DNA from: Takakia lepidozioides
Taxonomy: Eukaryota > Plantae > Bryophyta
DNA length: 64,000 bases
Direction: 5' to 3'
Assembly: GCA_030704615.1 (NCBI GenBank)
Contig: CM060733.1
Location: 32,550,001 to 32,614,000 of the forward strand
The position numbers were made by a program, and so were the translations under genes. Shown one piece after another: positions 36,040-46,206 of this stretch. The first letter of the stretch is position 1; the number at the start of each line of letters is the position of its first letter. Below the pieces are notes generated by a model. That model searched no databases. It worked only from the letters and a program-made list of their open reading frames with translations, and was not told where the DNA came from.

Positions 36040-37210
36040 TCCCTCTGTCCCTCTGTCTCCCTCTGTCCCATCAGGATGTGGAGAGAGAGGGACTGTTGAG
36101 GGGGAAAAAAAAAAAAAAACGATGGGGTGGTGGAGCAGCTGGCACCCCCCCACATTTTTATTTTTATTTTTCCCCCTCAACAGTCCATCTCTCTCCCGCT
36201 CTGCCTTGCTGCCTCTCTCCCTCTCTCTCCCTCTGTCCCATCACGATGTGGAGAGAGAGGGAGAGAGAGGGAGCAGCTGCTCAATCACTCCCCCCCCGGC
36301 CATTTTTTTATTTTTTTATTTTTTTATTTTTTTATTTTTTTCCCCCCTCATCTCTCCCTCTGTCTCCCTCTCTCTCTCCCTCTCTCGCTCTGTCACCCCC
36401 CCCCCACCATTTTTTTTTGTTTTTCATCTTCTTCTTTTTTTCATCTCCCTCTGTCCCTTTGTCCCTCTCTGTTTCTCTTTTCCCTCTGCTGGGGAGAGAT
36501 GAGGGAAAGAAAAAGAAAAAGAAAATGGGGGGGGGGGGGGGGTGACTGAGCAGCATGAGCTGCTGCTGCTCAGTCACCCCCCCCCCCCCCCCCCACCTGC
36601 TTTTTTTTTGTTTTTTCCGTCATCACTCCCTCTCTCCCTCTCTCTCCACATCCTGATGGGACAGAGGGAGAGATGCGGGAAAAGAGGGAGAGAGAGGGAG
36701 AGAAGGAGAGAGGGACTGTTGAGGGGGAAAAAAAAATAAAAAAATGGGGGGGGAGGGAGCGTCGCATGAAGATGTCGAGAGAGAGAGAGGGAGGGAGAAA
36801 GAGGGAGTGAGGAGGGAAAAAAAAACTAAAAAAGAAGGTGGGGGGGGGGGGAGTGACTGAGCAGCTGCTCAGATGCTGGTGCTGCTCAGTCACTCCCCCC
36901 CCCCCACCTTCTTTTTTATTTTATTTTTCCCTCATTTCTCCATCTCTTTCCTCCATCTGTCCCTGTCCCTCTGCTGCTCACAAAAGAAAAAAACCAGAGA
37001 GGGGCTGAGCTGCTGCTGCTCAGTCACACCCCCCCCCCCCCCCCACTTTTTATTTTATTTTCTTGGCCCCCTCTATCCCTCTCCCTCCCTCTCTCCCGTC
37101 TATCCCTGTCCCTCTCTCTCCCTCGTTCTCCCTCTCTCTCCTTCTCCTTTGTGCAGGTCCCCAAAAAAAAAAAAAAAACTCTCCCTCTCTTTCTCTCTCT
37201 CCCTCTATCT
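36040..37210. repeat. Low-complexity array with G-run/C-run-flanked hairpins and GA/CT tracts; related units at 32400-32810
   Basis: Units of the form G(n)TGACTGAGCAGC..GCTGCTCAGTCAC(n) at 36527-36594 and 36840-36906; G(n)AAGTGACTCAGCAGC..GCTGCTGAGTCACTTC(n) at 32707-32760. Confidence 0.85.
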
Positions 37211-38249
37211 CCATGAAATTGAAACTGAAGAACACTTCTTCTATTGTCCTATATACTATAAGATCCGTGGGGATTCCACTGTCTACTCCGTGGAACCCAA
37301 ACTCTCATTGAAATCTCTCATTATGAAGATCAGAAATGCATGGCTGCTTACCTGCAGTTGGGCGCCTCACGCAGCAACTCCTTCATGTTGGCGTTCCGCT
37401 GGCGCTCCGCCACCAGGTCGCGTGGGCACACTCCCTCGCTCAAACAACAAAAAAGGGAGAAGACGGAGAGAGAGAGCAAGGGACAGAGATAAGGGCGAAA
37501 GGGAGAGTGAGAGCTAAGAGGGAGAATGAGAGAGAGAGAAGGAGAGGGAGGGCAACTCCCTCACGCGGCAGCTCCTTCACGCTGGCGGTCCCTCCCGCGG
37601 CGCTAGCGTTCAGCTGGCGCTCCACCAGCAGGTCACGGGGGCGCGCTCCCAGCTCGCTCAAACAACAAAAAACAACAAAATGACATAGAAGAGGGAGAGA
37701 GAGTGTGAGGGAGAGGGATTAGGACGAGAGGGAGAGTGAGAGAGAGGGCGCGCGTGGGTTTGAACGCCGTGGCACGTCAGTGTTGCATCACCGCCACCGG
37801 AAAACGCCTCGGCACGCGGGGGTAGTTGCGCCCGGGAGAGCTCGAGAGCAAAAAAAACAAAGCAGGGATGGAGGGAGGGGAGGGAGGAAGAGTGAGAGGA
37901 GGAGGGTGAGGGAGAGAGAGATCAGATAGAGAGATTGAGAGGGGGAGTGAGAGGCGGTCGGTGCAGCCGCGGTGCGCCAGTGTGGCGACCCCACCGGAAA
38001 ACCTCAGCGGCGATCAGGCGCCTTCGCGAAGGGGGGAGAGAAGGGGAGAGAAGGGTGGCCACCTTGGCAGGAGGAGGATCCGCTGCGACGTTGGGGAATC
38101 GCACGAGCGTCGCTGCCTCAGGGGGACGTCGCACGGCAGTCGCAGCAATCTGGCTGTTAGAGTCTGGCACTTTGTTCTTGGTTTCTACTCCCGTTGGAAT
38201 AGCTTCCCCTCTCCCCCCCCCACCTTCTTTGTTGCTTCTGAATTTCACA

Positions 38250-39090
38250 GTGGGTCAAGTGCAGACTGTCTGCCCGGTTTGGGCTGCTCTTAGAGCGCTT
38301 ACCTTGTGGAAATTATGGAAAACAAGATGTGCTTGGGTTTATGAGGGAAAACCCCCCAGGGGCAGATCGGTATTATTCAATACTTACCAAGATCTGTTGA
38401 CTGAGGGGCGAAAGGCTTGGTTAACTGTCTGTGCAGCTGTTTCCAGAACTTCAGAGCAGCGAGGGAGGAAATTGCTTCAAGACTTCCATGACACCTTGGG
38501 CAAAAGCAGCATGCTCGACGCCGGTTTTTCCAACTCTAAATTCACTTTGGCAACATTCCATCCACTCTCAATGGGAGGTCCCCTGGTGAAGGTGATGAGG
38601 GAGATTGCAACTGGCGCCATAAATGTGCTAGAGCCCCCAAATTCCGCGCGCAGCTACAGTTCTAGAAGTCTGGCATCTGCATTCGTCTCTGCGATGGTTT
38701 CGAGTTGCATCACCCTCAAATCTACTTCCACCATCCCCACGCATCCCTTGCCGGTTTCAAGTCTCTTTCAAGACTTAGCTCATTGCTTTTTCCTGACATT
38801 GTCTAATTCCCTTCAGTGAATCCTTGCTTCTGATCCCCCCCCCCCACATCCCTACCACATCTCTCTCGGCCCCCACACCGCTCTCTCGACCCTTCCTTCT
38901 CAAAGTCATCTCTTTGGGTTTCCTTGCTCCTTTCCCTTAGCATGTTCGCTATGGTTCCGGGGAAGTTCCCCCTCGGCAAGCCTCACGCCCCGGGTGGTTA
39001 TTTTTTCCACCCGTGTGTAGCTCCTTCTTATTTAATTTGATCAACATGGCTTCTGTCCCTTAAAGAAAATAAAAATAAAATAAAATAAAA
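38250..39090 (+). mobile_element. 3' end of an L1-type LINE (ORF2 C-terminus, 3' UTR, A-rich tail)
   Basis: VWAALRALTLWKLWKTRCAWVYEG matches the L1 C-terminal motif LWxIWKxRNxxxF. A-rich tail AAAGAAAATAAAAATAAAATAAAATAAAA at ~39062-39090. Confidence 0.65.
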
Positions 39091-40703
39091 ACCGATTTTC
39101 CTTAAGTAAAACATATATTTAAAAAAAGAAAAGAAAAAGGAAGACTCTGCTGGACTTGCTCTAAGTTCTCTGTCTCGCAAGTCTCGCAGCGGAGCGATTG
39201 CGATCGCGGGTGAGCGAGGTGCAAGCTCATTCTTCGATTTTTGGTTTTGCGGTTTCATGAGTAGATCTGTCTCTTCTCCTCAGATTTTCCTGTTCGGTTT
39301 CTCTCTCTTGTTTTGAATTGAGTATTCTCGTCCCCTCTGTCTCTTCTTTGTTTGTGCCCTAGCAAGTTCTACTTTGAGGGAGTTTGCATAGTATGTGCAC
39401 TCGTTTATAGCTTTTGGTCGAACGCCATCATTTTGCACCAGGAGATTGGTCTGCATTTTAGGTTTCTTTGGGGTAGTCTGTCTCTTCGTCATCCGCCGTG
39501 TCGTGGCTTGCTTACACTGACCCTGTTATATATGCCAGCTTACTCATTCTTTTAGTACTTCTTATCTACTTCCCGATCCACTGCACTGTCGATTAATTTC
39601 TGCCAATGACCAGTAATCGTATTTGTTGGGTTTGGGGGTTTGCAGATGATTACTGATACGGATCTTGGGTTCTTTGCTAACTTTTTGGGGATTTGCATAT
39701 TTGTGTTGGTGATCGCGTACCATTATGTGGTAGCGGATCCCAAGTATGAGACAGTGTGACAGACGAGCACTGCATGCAGGAGAGTTCTGAAGTCTACTAC
39801 CATGAAATGAAAGAAGTGGCACCTTTTCCTTAGTGTCAAATGAATTGGAAAGAGTAGACTTACATCAGTTAATGTTCTCTAGTTACAGGAAAGGGCATGA
39901 GCTTGTGATGGGCTTGTCAGATCATGGATGTCATCTCCAAATGTTTTGGGGCACTGAGGTTTCAATCTGTCCTTAAGACTGTGTTGTGAGAAGGGTAGAC
40001 ATCCCTGAAACAGAGGAAGTTTTTGTCTTTTGACTCCACGTTTCCATCTGTTTCTTCTGGTCAAAATTGGGTCTGTTCGAGTATGCATGCAGTTCACAGT
40101 GGTTTATTTACCCCTACATGATTAGGTAGAGAAGTGAAAGAGTCATGGAGTTGCAGGCCTGGGGCAGATGTATGGAATTGAGTCGCTGGTTGCACTTCTG
40201 CCTTGGTGATTGCAAAGTTGGTTCATTACATGTTGTGTGCTCTGAAAGAAAGACAGTCTTGGAAGAACCGGTCAATGTTCCTTTCTAGAGCTCACTGCTA
40301 GAGGAAAAAAAGGCTTCCATAGTAACAATTGATTTCATCAGTGCTGTTGGTAAGTTAATGAGGATAGCAGAGGGCTGTACTCGCACATCCAATAGGTATG
40401 TTTAAGGGGATCTGGGGCGCCACTATAGGGTCTCTTATTGTTCCTGTGTGTGAGTGTTATACAATCTGTATTTTAGTTGTGTGTCGAACTCGATGCTTCT
40501 TTGTGTCATCCTCCTTAGCATGTGCTGACATGCCAAAAACTACTGTTTGGTCTCAGTTGAAAGCGGGTGATTTCGCAACAGTCCTCCAGTTTGTTGAACT
40601 TCACAAAAGAAGTCCATATTCTAGCCCTTAGGTTTTGCCAATTGAACATTTCATGGATTCTCAATTTGCTTTTGTTGCCACAAGTGACAGGTCTCACACC
40701 ATG

Positions 40704-41432
40704 TCATGAAGCTTCAGTTGTTGGATTGTTGCTACCACTAAAATGGACATGGCTGCGGGGTGTGCTAGTCCCTGAGTTTAAGTCCTCTCCTTTCCAAGCT
40801 CTTCTTGCCCGAGAGACCTGGGCAATCAACCCTTGGGCCTGCTGTGTCACCCCTGGAGCTTGGCCCTTCGCATGCAAAGACAAGTTATGGTAGATGAGGT
40901 ATGAGATTACACCGATCACAACCACCCAGCTTGCAGTCCAACCCCTCATATCAGGTTCTGTACCCCTGGCTCCGTCATCTCGACCACTACCATATGGTGA
41001 CCATCCAACATGGACCAGGCTAAACTGAAGCCCACAGCTTCCTTCCAAGATGTTCTCGTCTGCGGCAGATAGGAAGCCCTCACAATTGATCACAGGTTCA
41101 TCAAAGCGCAGGTCTCTTGGCAAATCTGTCTCACACCGCCATCTTGAGTTTTGACCGTCTGCTTTTATGTTGTGGCACCTCACCATCTCTGGCTCAAATT
41201 CACATCCTGCCAAACACCGAAGCTGTGGAATGGGCGCTGACCTTCGGTAGGTGGTGGCACGACCTTTAAGAAATAGTAGAGGTGTTGAGGCCTCTACAGT
41301 TGTGGACGTGCCGTGGGGAGGTCCACTGTTGGGTGGTATTGCATAACTTCTTACCACTTCCATCAGCACTGTTGATACAACTAATGTGTACAAAACCCTC
41401 TTCCATAGGGAATCTTGTTTGGTAAAATTCAT
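40704..41432 (-). CDS. SARAF: SARAF/TMEM66-like (DUF1183) single-pass membrane protein, intronless
   Basis: N-terminal hydrophobic signal; luminal domain GRATTYRRSAPIPQLRC..PEMVRCHN..WRCETDL..VINCEGF..ILEGSCGLQFSL with six Cys; TM segment WVVVIGVISYLIY. First ATG at 41432. Confidence 0.85.
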   Translation of the reverse strand: MNFTKQDSLWKRVLYTLVVSTVLMEVVRSYAIPPNSGPPHGTSTTVEASTPLLFLKGRATTYRRSAPIPQLRCLAGCEFEPEMVRCHNIKADGQNSRWRCETDLPRDLRFDEPVINCEGFLSAADENILEGSCGLQFSLVHVGWSPYGSGRDDGARGTEPDMRGWTASWVVVIGVISYLIYHNLSLHAKGQAPGVTQQAQGLIAQVSRARRAWKGEDLNSGTSTPRSHVHFSGSNNPTTEAS

Positions 41433-42984
41433 GGAGAGTGGAATTCTACCACCGGTCACCAGATCGATTGATCATTTTCTTCCTCTTAATTGGGGTGGAC
41501 ACAATTTGTGCCCCTGTAATTTCAAACTGCCTCTGCCTCTGTAGACCAACATCCTCACGAAAAGAGAAGCGACACAAACCTGACTGTGACAAGAATGAAG
41601 AGCTCAAAACCACAGATCCAAGCAAAAAAATGTCCCTGTGAAATTGATGTGCTCCAAATGTTCGTGTGGAGCTCGAGACATAAAATGATAAGATAGGTAG
41701 AGAAGAGGGTGAGAGAGCTACGGATCTGCACTCAAAAGACACTCCCTTTAAGAGACATACCCTTTGGGATGTACCTTTAACTTCTACCACCCTAAAGAAG
41801 GTGCCACTTCATGTATTCAGCCCAATTTCCATAAACCCTAGTTAGGGTTATTCAAAGTCCATTGGGAAGAAGATTTTCAGAGATTTGACCCTTCCAATAT
41901 GGTGGTGGACCATAACAATATACAAATTGTACAAAGCCATGCAAGCACACTGCAGACAACGACATGTAGACCAGGCGTACATGGAAGGGATATGGGCTGA
42001 TGTGGGATGATCAAGCAAAGGTGAGAATAGTTATGAGGGGGGTCCACAGAAGGTTGGTTCCATGCTTAGAAGGTCAGGGGCTGCTCTGATGCGCAACAGG
42101 TTCCACTAAGTGCAGACTGACATAACACAAACAGGAGGAGAACTAAGTCTGCGAGACTGGGTGGCTTGCTTGCAAGGACATCCTTCACATTGTAGAGATT
42201 GGAGCAAGGAACCTTGAAGGGTATGGATTAAAGTCAGAGCTACACCCTATTGTCTCCGCGATGGTCTCCGTTGAAGCACGGGGTACTTGCAATTTTGTAG
42301 GGGGGCTGAGGTTGAGTTTCCACCTCCTGTGGTGCAACCAGCACATGGAGGAACCAGCTAATTTTGGGACCACTGCATAGCAGTCTTTATTGGGTACAGT
42401 CTATGAAATTGACATGTCCCCATATGATAAGAGTCTAGTCATGAACAGGTGATCTAGAGCATGCCAGGAAACTAAATGTGCATATTTGCAGGGTCACTTC
42501 AGCTATTTGGACAAATTTTTTACATTCCCTGGATCGGGGCCGGTGAGTGTCTTGTGCAGGGGCTGATCTTCACATTCTACAACCTAAGAAAGACAGGTAT
42601 GTGTGGATTGTTGACTAGCCACCCCTTTCTTTCCCAATCTTAACATTATCTCTAGCCATATTATCCATCCATCCAGTATCATCGACATAACTCCTTCGAC
42701 TACTTCGCTGCTTATAAATGATCTCTCTTTCTTTTGTTCCCCCCACACATGCCTCATGCTGCTTCTGTCCTCTCATCTCTTCCCTATCAATGGCGCAGGC
42801 ACATAAGTATATTTATGTACACTAGGTTTTGCTTGACAGTGGGGTTGTATTTTGTTGCTAGCCACCTATAGGAAGCCCCTGGTAATGTATCTCCTCATAA
42901 ATGCCTCTTGTATATGTGATGCCGCACAGAGGTGGGTTAGGCCAGGCTTTAATGTATGAAGCAAGACACTTGCACCATACAAAA

Positions 42985-45900
42985 TCACCAATACTCCCCA
43001 CAAGAACAGACCCCGGCTTCAAAGTGGTGAAAGCGGTTGGCATCCCGTACAGTAATAGCTCGCCCAACTATCTTTGAGATGAACTTGATGGCCGTGTGAC
43101 AGTCACCACACACCCGAAGGTTCTTGATGATACAAAGAGGCGTCCCAGGGGCTGTACTGATCAGCCCAAAAGCAATGGCCAGCTTCTCACTATGGTGGCA
43201 AAGAGAAAATTGCTTTATCTCCTCCTCCACATCATGCAATACAAAGCGCGTGTCAGGCACATAGCCTGCCTCCTTCATCTGCCCAGACAATCTTCTCAGC
43301 TCAGCATGGATTTCCTCAATTCGTGGATGCAATTCATCATCCGCAACAAAGGTGTGCACCCCATTGCCAACCTCAATGCAGCAGCGACCTGGCTCCTTTC
43401 TGATACCTCTGACCTTCATCATTTTTCTCACCTTTGTAGTATCATCCCACCTGCCAGCTGCAGCATAGATGTTTGATAGCAACACATAAGTTGCAGCGTC
43501 TTGTGGATCCCTCTTGAGGATAGATTTTGCTGCACGCTCTGCTATGTCCACATTGCCATGACTTCTACAGGCGCCAAGTAAGGCTCCCCACACCACAACA
43601 TCTGTTGCAATTGGCATTTTGTAGATGAAGTCTTCTGCCTCCTCCAATTGCCCTGCACGGCCAAGAAGGTCGACAATACATCCAAAGTGCTCCACTCTAG
43701 GAGTGAGGCCATGATCTTGACTCAGGGAATCAAAGTAGTGTCTGCCTTCATCCACTAGGCCAACATGGCTACATGCAGAGAGAACAGATACAAAGGTGAT
43801 ACTATTTGGCTTCAAACCGTCCCTTTGCATTCCTTCAAGTAATTGTAGGGCCTCCCTATGACAACCATGCTGGGCATATCCTGCAATCATCACATTCCAT
43901 GACACCACATCTCGTTCAGCCATACTGTTGAACACTCCCTTTGCATCCTCAATGCTCCCACATTTGGCATACATGTCTACAAGGGTATTGTGCAGAATGA
44001 TATTTGGTACAATCCCAGCTTTCATGATGTCACCATGGACCTCTTTGCCCTTTTCCAGGGCTGCAAGGGTGGCACATGCATTGCAAACAGAAACGAATGT
44101 GACCTGGTCGGGCGTCACCCCTTCCCGCATCATTTGCTCATAGGTCTCCAAAGCCTCCATCCTGAACCCATGCTGGGCATATCCTGCAATCATGATATTC
44201 CATGAAACCACATTTCGTTCAGCCATATTGTCAAACACTCCTTTTGCATCCCTGATGTTTCCACATTTGGCATACATGTCCACAAGGGTACTGTCCAGAA
44301 TCATATTTGGTACAATTCGAGCTTTGAAGATGTCATCATGGACCTTTTTGCCCTTTCCTAGGTCTGCAAGGATGGCACATGCATTGCAAACACAAACGAA
44401 TGTGACCTGGTTGGGCGTCACTCCTTCCAGCATCATTTGCTCGTAGGTCTCCAAAGCCTCCATCACACACCCATGCTGGGCATATCCTGCGATCATTGCA
44501 TTCCATGAGACCACATTTCGTTCAGCCATATCGTCAAACATTGCCTTTGCATTGTGAATGCTCCCGCATTTGGCATACATGTCCACAAGGGCTGTGTCCA
44601 GAATGACATCTGTTACAATTCCAGCTTTCATGATGTCACCATGGATCTCTTTGCCCTTTTCCAAGTCTGTAAGGCTGGCACATGCATTGCAAACACAAAC
44701 GAACGTAACCTGGTTGGGCTTTACCCCTTCCCGCATCATTTGCTCATAAGTCTCCAATGCCTCCCTCCCACTCCCATGTTGGGTATATCCTGCAATCATC
44801 GTACTCCATGACACCACATCTCGTTCAGCCATATTGTCAAACACTCCCTTTGCATCTCGAATGCTCCCGCATTTGGCATACATGTCCACGAGTGTATTGT
44901 CCAGACTGACATCTGGTACAATACCAGCTTTCTTGATGTCACTATGGACCTGTTTGCCCTTTTCCAGGGCTGCCAGGCTGGCGCACGCACTGCAAACACA
45001 TACAAACATGACCTGGTCGGGTGTCAACCCTTCCTGTTTCATTTGCTCATAAGTCTCCCATGCCTCCATCCCATACCCCTGCTGGGTATATCCTGCAATC
45101 ATTGCATTCCATGACACCACATCTCGTTCAGGCATATTGGAGAACACTACCTTTGCATCCTCAATGCTCCCGCATTTGGCATACATGTCCACGAGCGTGG
45201 TGTCTAAAGTGATACTTGGCACAATTCCAGCTTTCATGATGTCACCATGGACCTCTTTGCCTTTTTCCAGGGCTGCCAGACTGGCACACGCCTTGATAAC
45301 ACAAATGAAGGTCACTTGGTTGGGTGTCACCCCTTCCTGCATCATTTGCTCATAGGTCTCCAAAGCCTCTATCCCGCAACCATGCTGGGCGTATCCTGCG
45401 ACCATCGCACTCCATGACACCACATTTCGTTCTGCCATATTATCAAACACCCCTTTTGCATCCTCAATGCTCCCACATTTGGCGTACATGTCCACGAGGG
45501 TAGTATTCAGAATGACATCTGGTACAATTCCAGCTTTCATGATGTCACCATGGACCTCTTTTCCCTTTTCCAGTGCTGCCAGGCAGGCACACGCCTTGAG
45601 AACGCAAACGAACGTGACATGGTCAGGTGTCACTGCTTCTTGCATCATTTGCTCGTAGGTTTCGAAGGCTTTTTTGCCATAGCCATGCTTGGTATATCCT
45701 GCAATCATTATGTTAAACGAAAACATATTTCGTTCAGGCATGTTGTCAAACACTCGGTGTGCGTCAATGATGCTCCCACACTTGACATACATGTTGACAA
45801 GGGTGTTGTGTAGGAACACATTTGGCTTGAATCCACTTTGGATAATGTGGGCATGCACCTGCTTTCCAACCGCTAGGCATTTCATCTTGATGCACTTATG

Positions 45901-46206
45901 TAAGAGACAAACATAACTATTGGAGTCTGCCAAAAAACCTCCTTGGTTCAAAATGTGCAGAGCGTCTTTCAGTTGTCCTGCCTCACACAGTGTCCTCACA
46001 TGCCAACAACTCGCAGAAGAGATCTTGAGGACTCCATCTCTTGGTCCTCTTTCAGAAGCAGTGGTCATGGTGAAGTTGAACGAATTTATCAAATGTGATG
46101 CTGCTGATTCCAGTTGAGCATCTACCCATGCAGGTTTCTTGTAGCTATTGATCCACAAGGGCTCATTGGTATTCTTGTGCTTGAACTCTGGTCCTCTGGG
46201 ATGGAT
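42985..46206 (-). CDS. PLS-class PPR protein with E1/E2 and DYW cytidine deaminase domain (organellar C-to-U editing factor); long terminal exon
   Basis: About seven 101-aa L-S-P triplets (303-bp period), P2-L2-S2, E motifs, PG box (KEPGRCCIEV), HSEKLA, CGDCH and terminal EYW. Candidate acceptor TGCAG before 46206; first in-frame ATG at 46068. Confidence 0.95.
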   Translation of the reverse strand: MHPRGPEFKHKNTNEPLWINSYKKPAWVDAQLESAASHLINSFNFTMTTASERGPRDGVLKISSASCWHVRTLCEAGQLKDALHILNQGGFLADSNSYVCLLHKCIKMKCLAVGKQVHAHIIQSGFKPNVFLHNTLVNMYVKCGSIIDAHRVFDNMPERNMFSFNIMIAGYTKHGYGKKAFETYEQMMQEAVTPDHVTFVCVLKACACLAALEKGKEVHGDIMKAGIVPDVILNTTLVDMYAKCGSIEDAKGVFDNMAERNVVSWSAMVAGYAQHGCGIEALETYEQMMQEGVTPNQVTFICVIKACASLAALEKGKEVHGDIMKAGIVPSITLDTTLVDMYAKCGSIEDAKVVFSNMPERDVVSWNAMIAGYTQQGYGMEAWETYEQMKQEGLTPDQVMFVCVCSACASLAALEKGKQVHSDIKKAGIVPDVSLDNTLVDMYAKCGSIRDAKGVFDNMAERDVVSWSTMIAGYTQHGSGREALETYEQMMREGVKPNQVTFVCVCNACASLTDLEKGKEIHGDIMKAGIVTDVILDTALVDMYAKCGSIHNAKAMFDDMAERNVVSWNAMIAGYAQHGCVMEALETYEQMMLEGVTPNQVTFVCVCNACAILADLGKGKKVHDDIFKARIVPNMILDSTLVDMYAKCGNIRDAKGVFDNMAERNVVSWNIMIAGYAQHGFRMEALETYEQMMREGVTPDQVTFVSVCNACATLAALEKGKEVHGDIMKAGIVPNIILHNTLVDMYAKCGSIEDAKGVFNSMAERDVVSWNVMIAGYAQHGCHREALQLLEGMQRDGLKPNSITFVSVLSACSHVGLVDEGRHYFDSLSQDHGLTPRVEHFGCIVDLLGRAGQLEEAEDFIYKMPIATDVVVWGALLGACRSHGNVDIAERAAKSILKRDPQDAATYVLLSNIYAAAGRWDDTTKVRKMMKVRGIRKEPGRCCIEVGNGVHTFVADDELHPRIEEIHAELRRLSGQMKEAGYVPDTRFVLHDVEEEIKQFSLCHHSEKLAIAFGLISTAPGTPLCIIKNLRVCGDCHTAIKFISKIVGRAITVRDANRFHHFEAGVCSCGEYW

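Larger units (their letters stand above)
29182..38150 (-). mobile_element. CACTA-superfamily DNA transposon (left TIR present, right TIR not found)
   Basis: Terminus CACTACTACA at 29182. Dense AGCGAC/GTCGCT subterminal repeats in both orientations at 29200-29840 and again at ~37780-38150. TnpA-like gene inside. Right boundary is approximate. Confidence 0.65.

Noticed and set aside
43096-45916. Series of similar short plus-strand ORFs
   Set aside because: Antisense shadows of the PPR triplet repeats.
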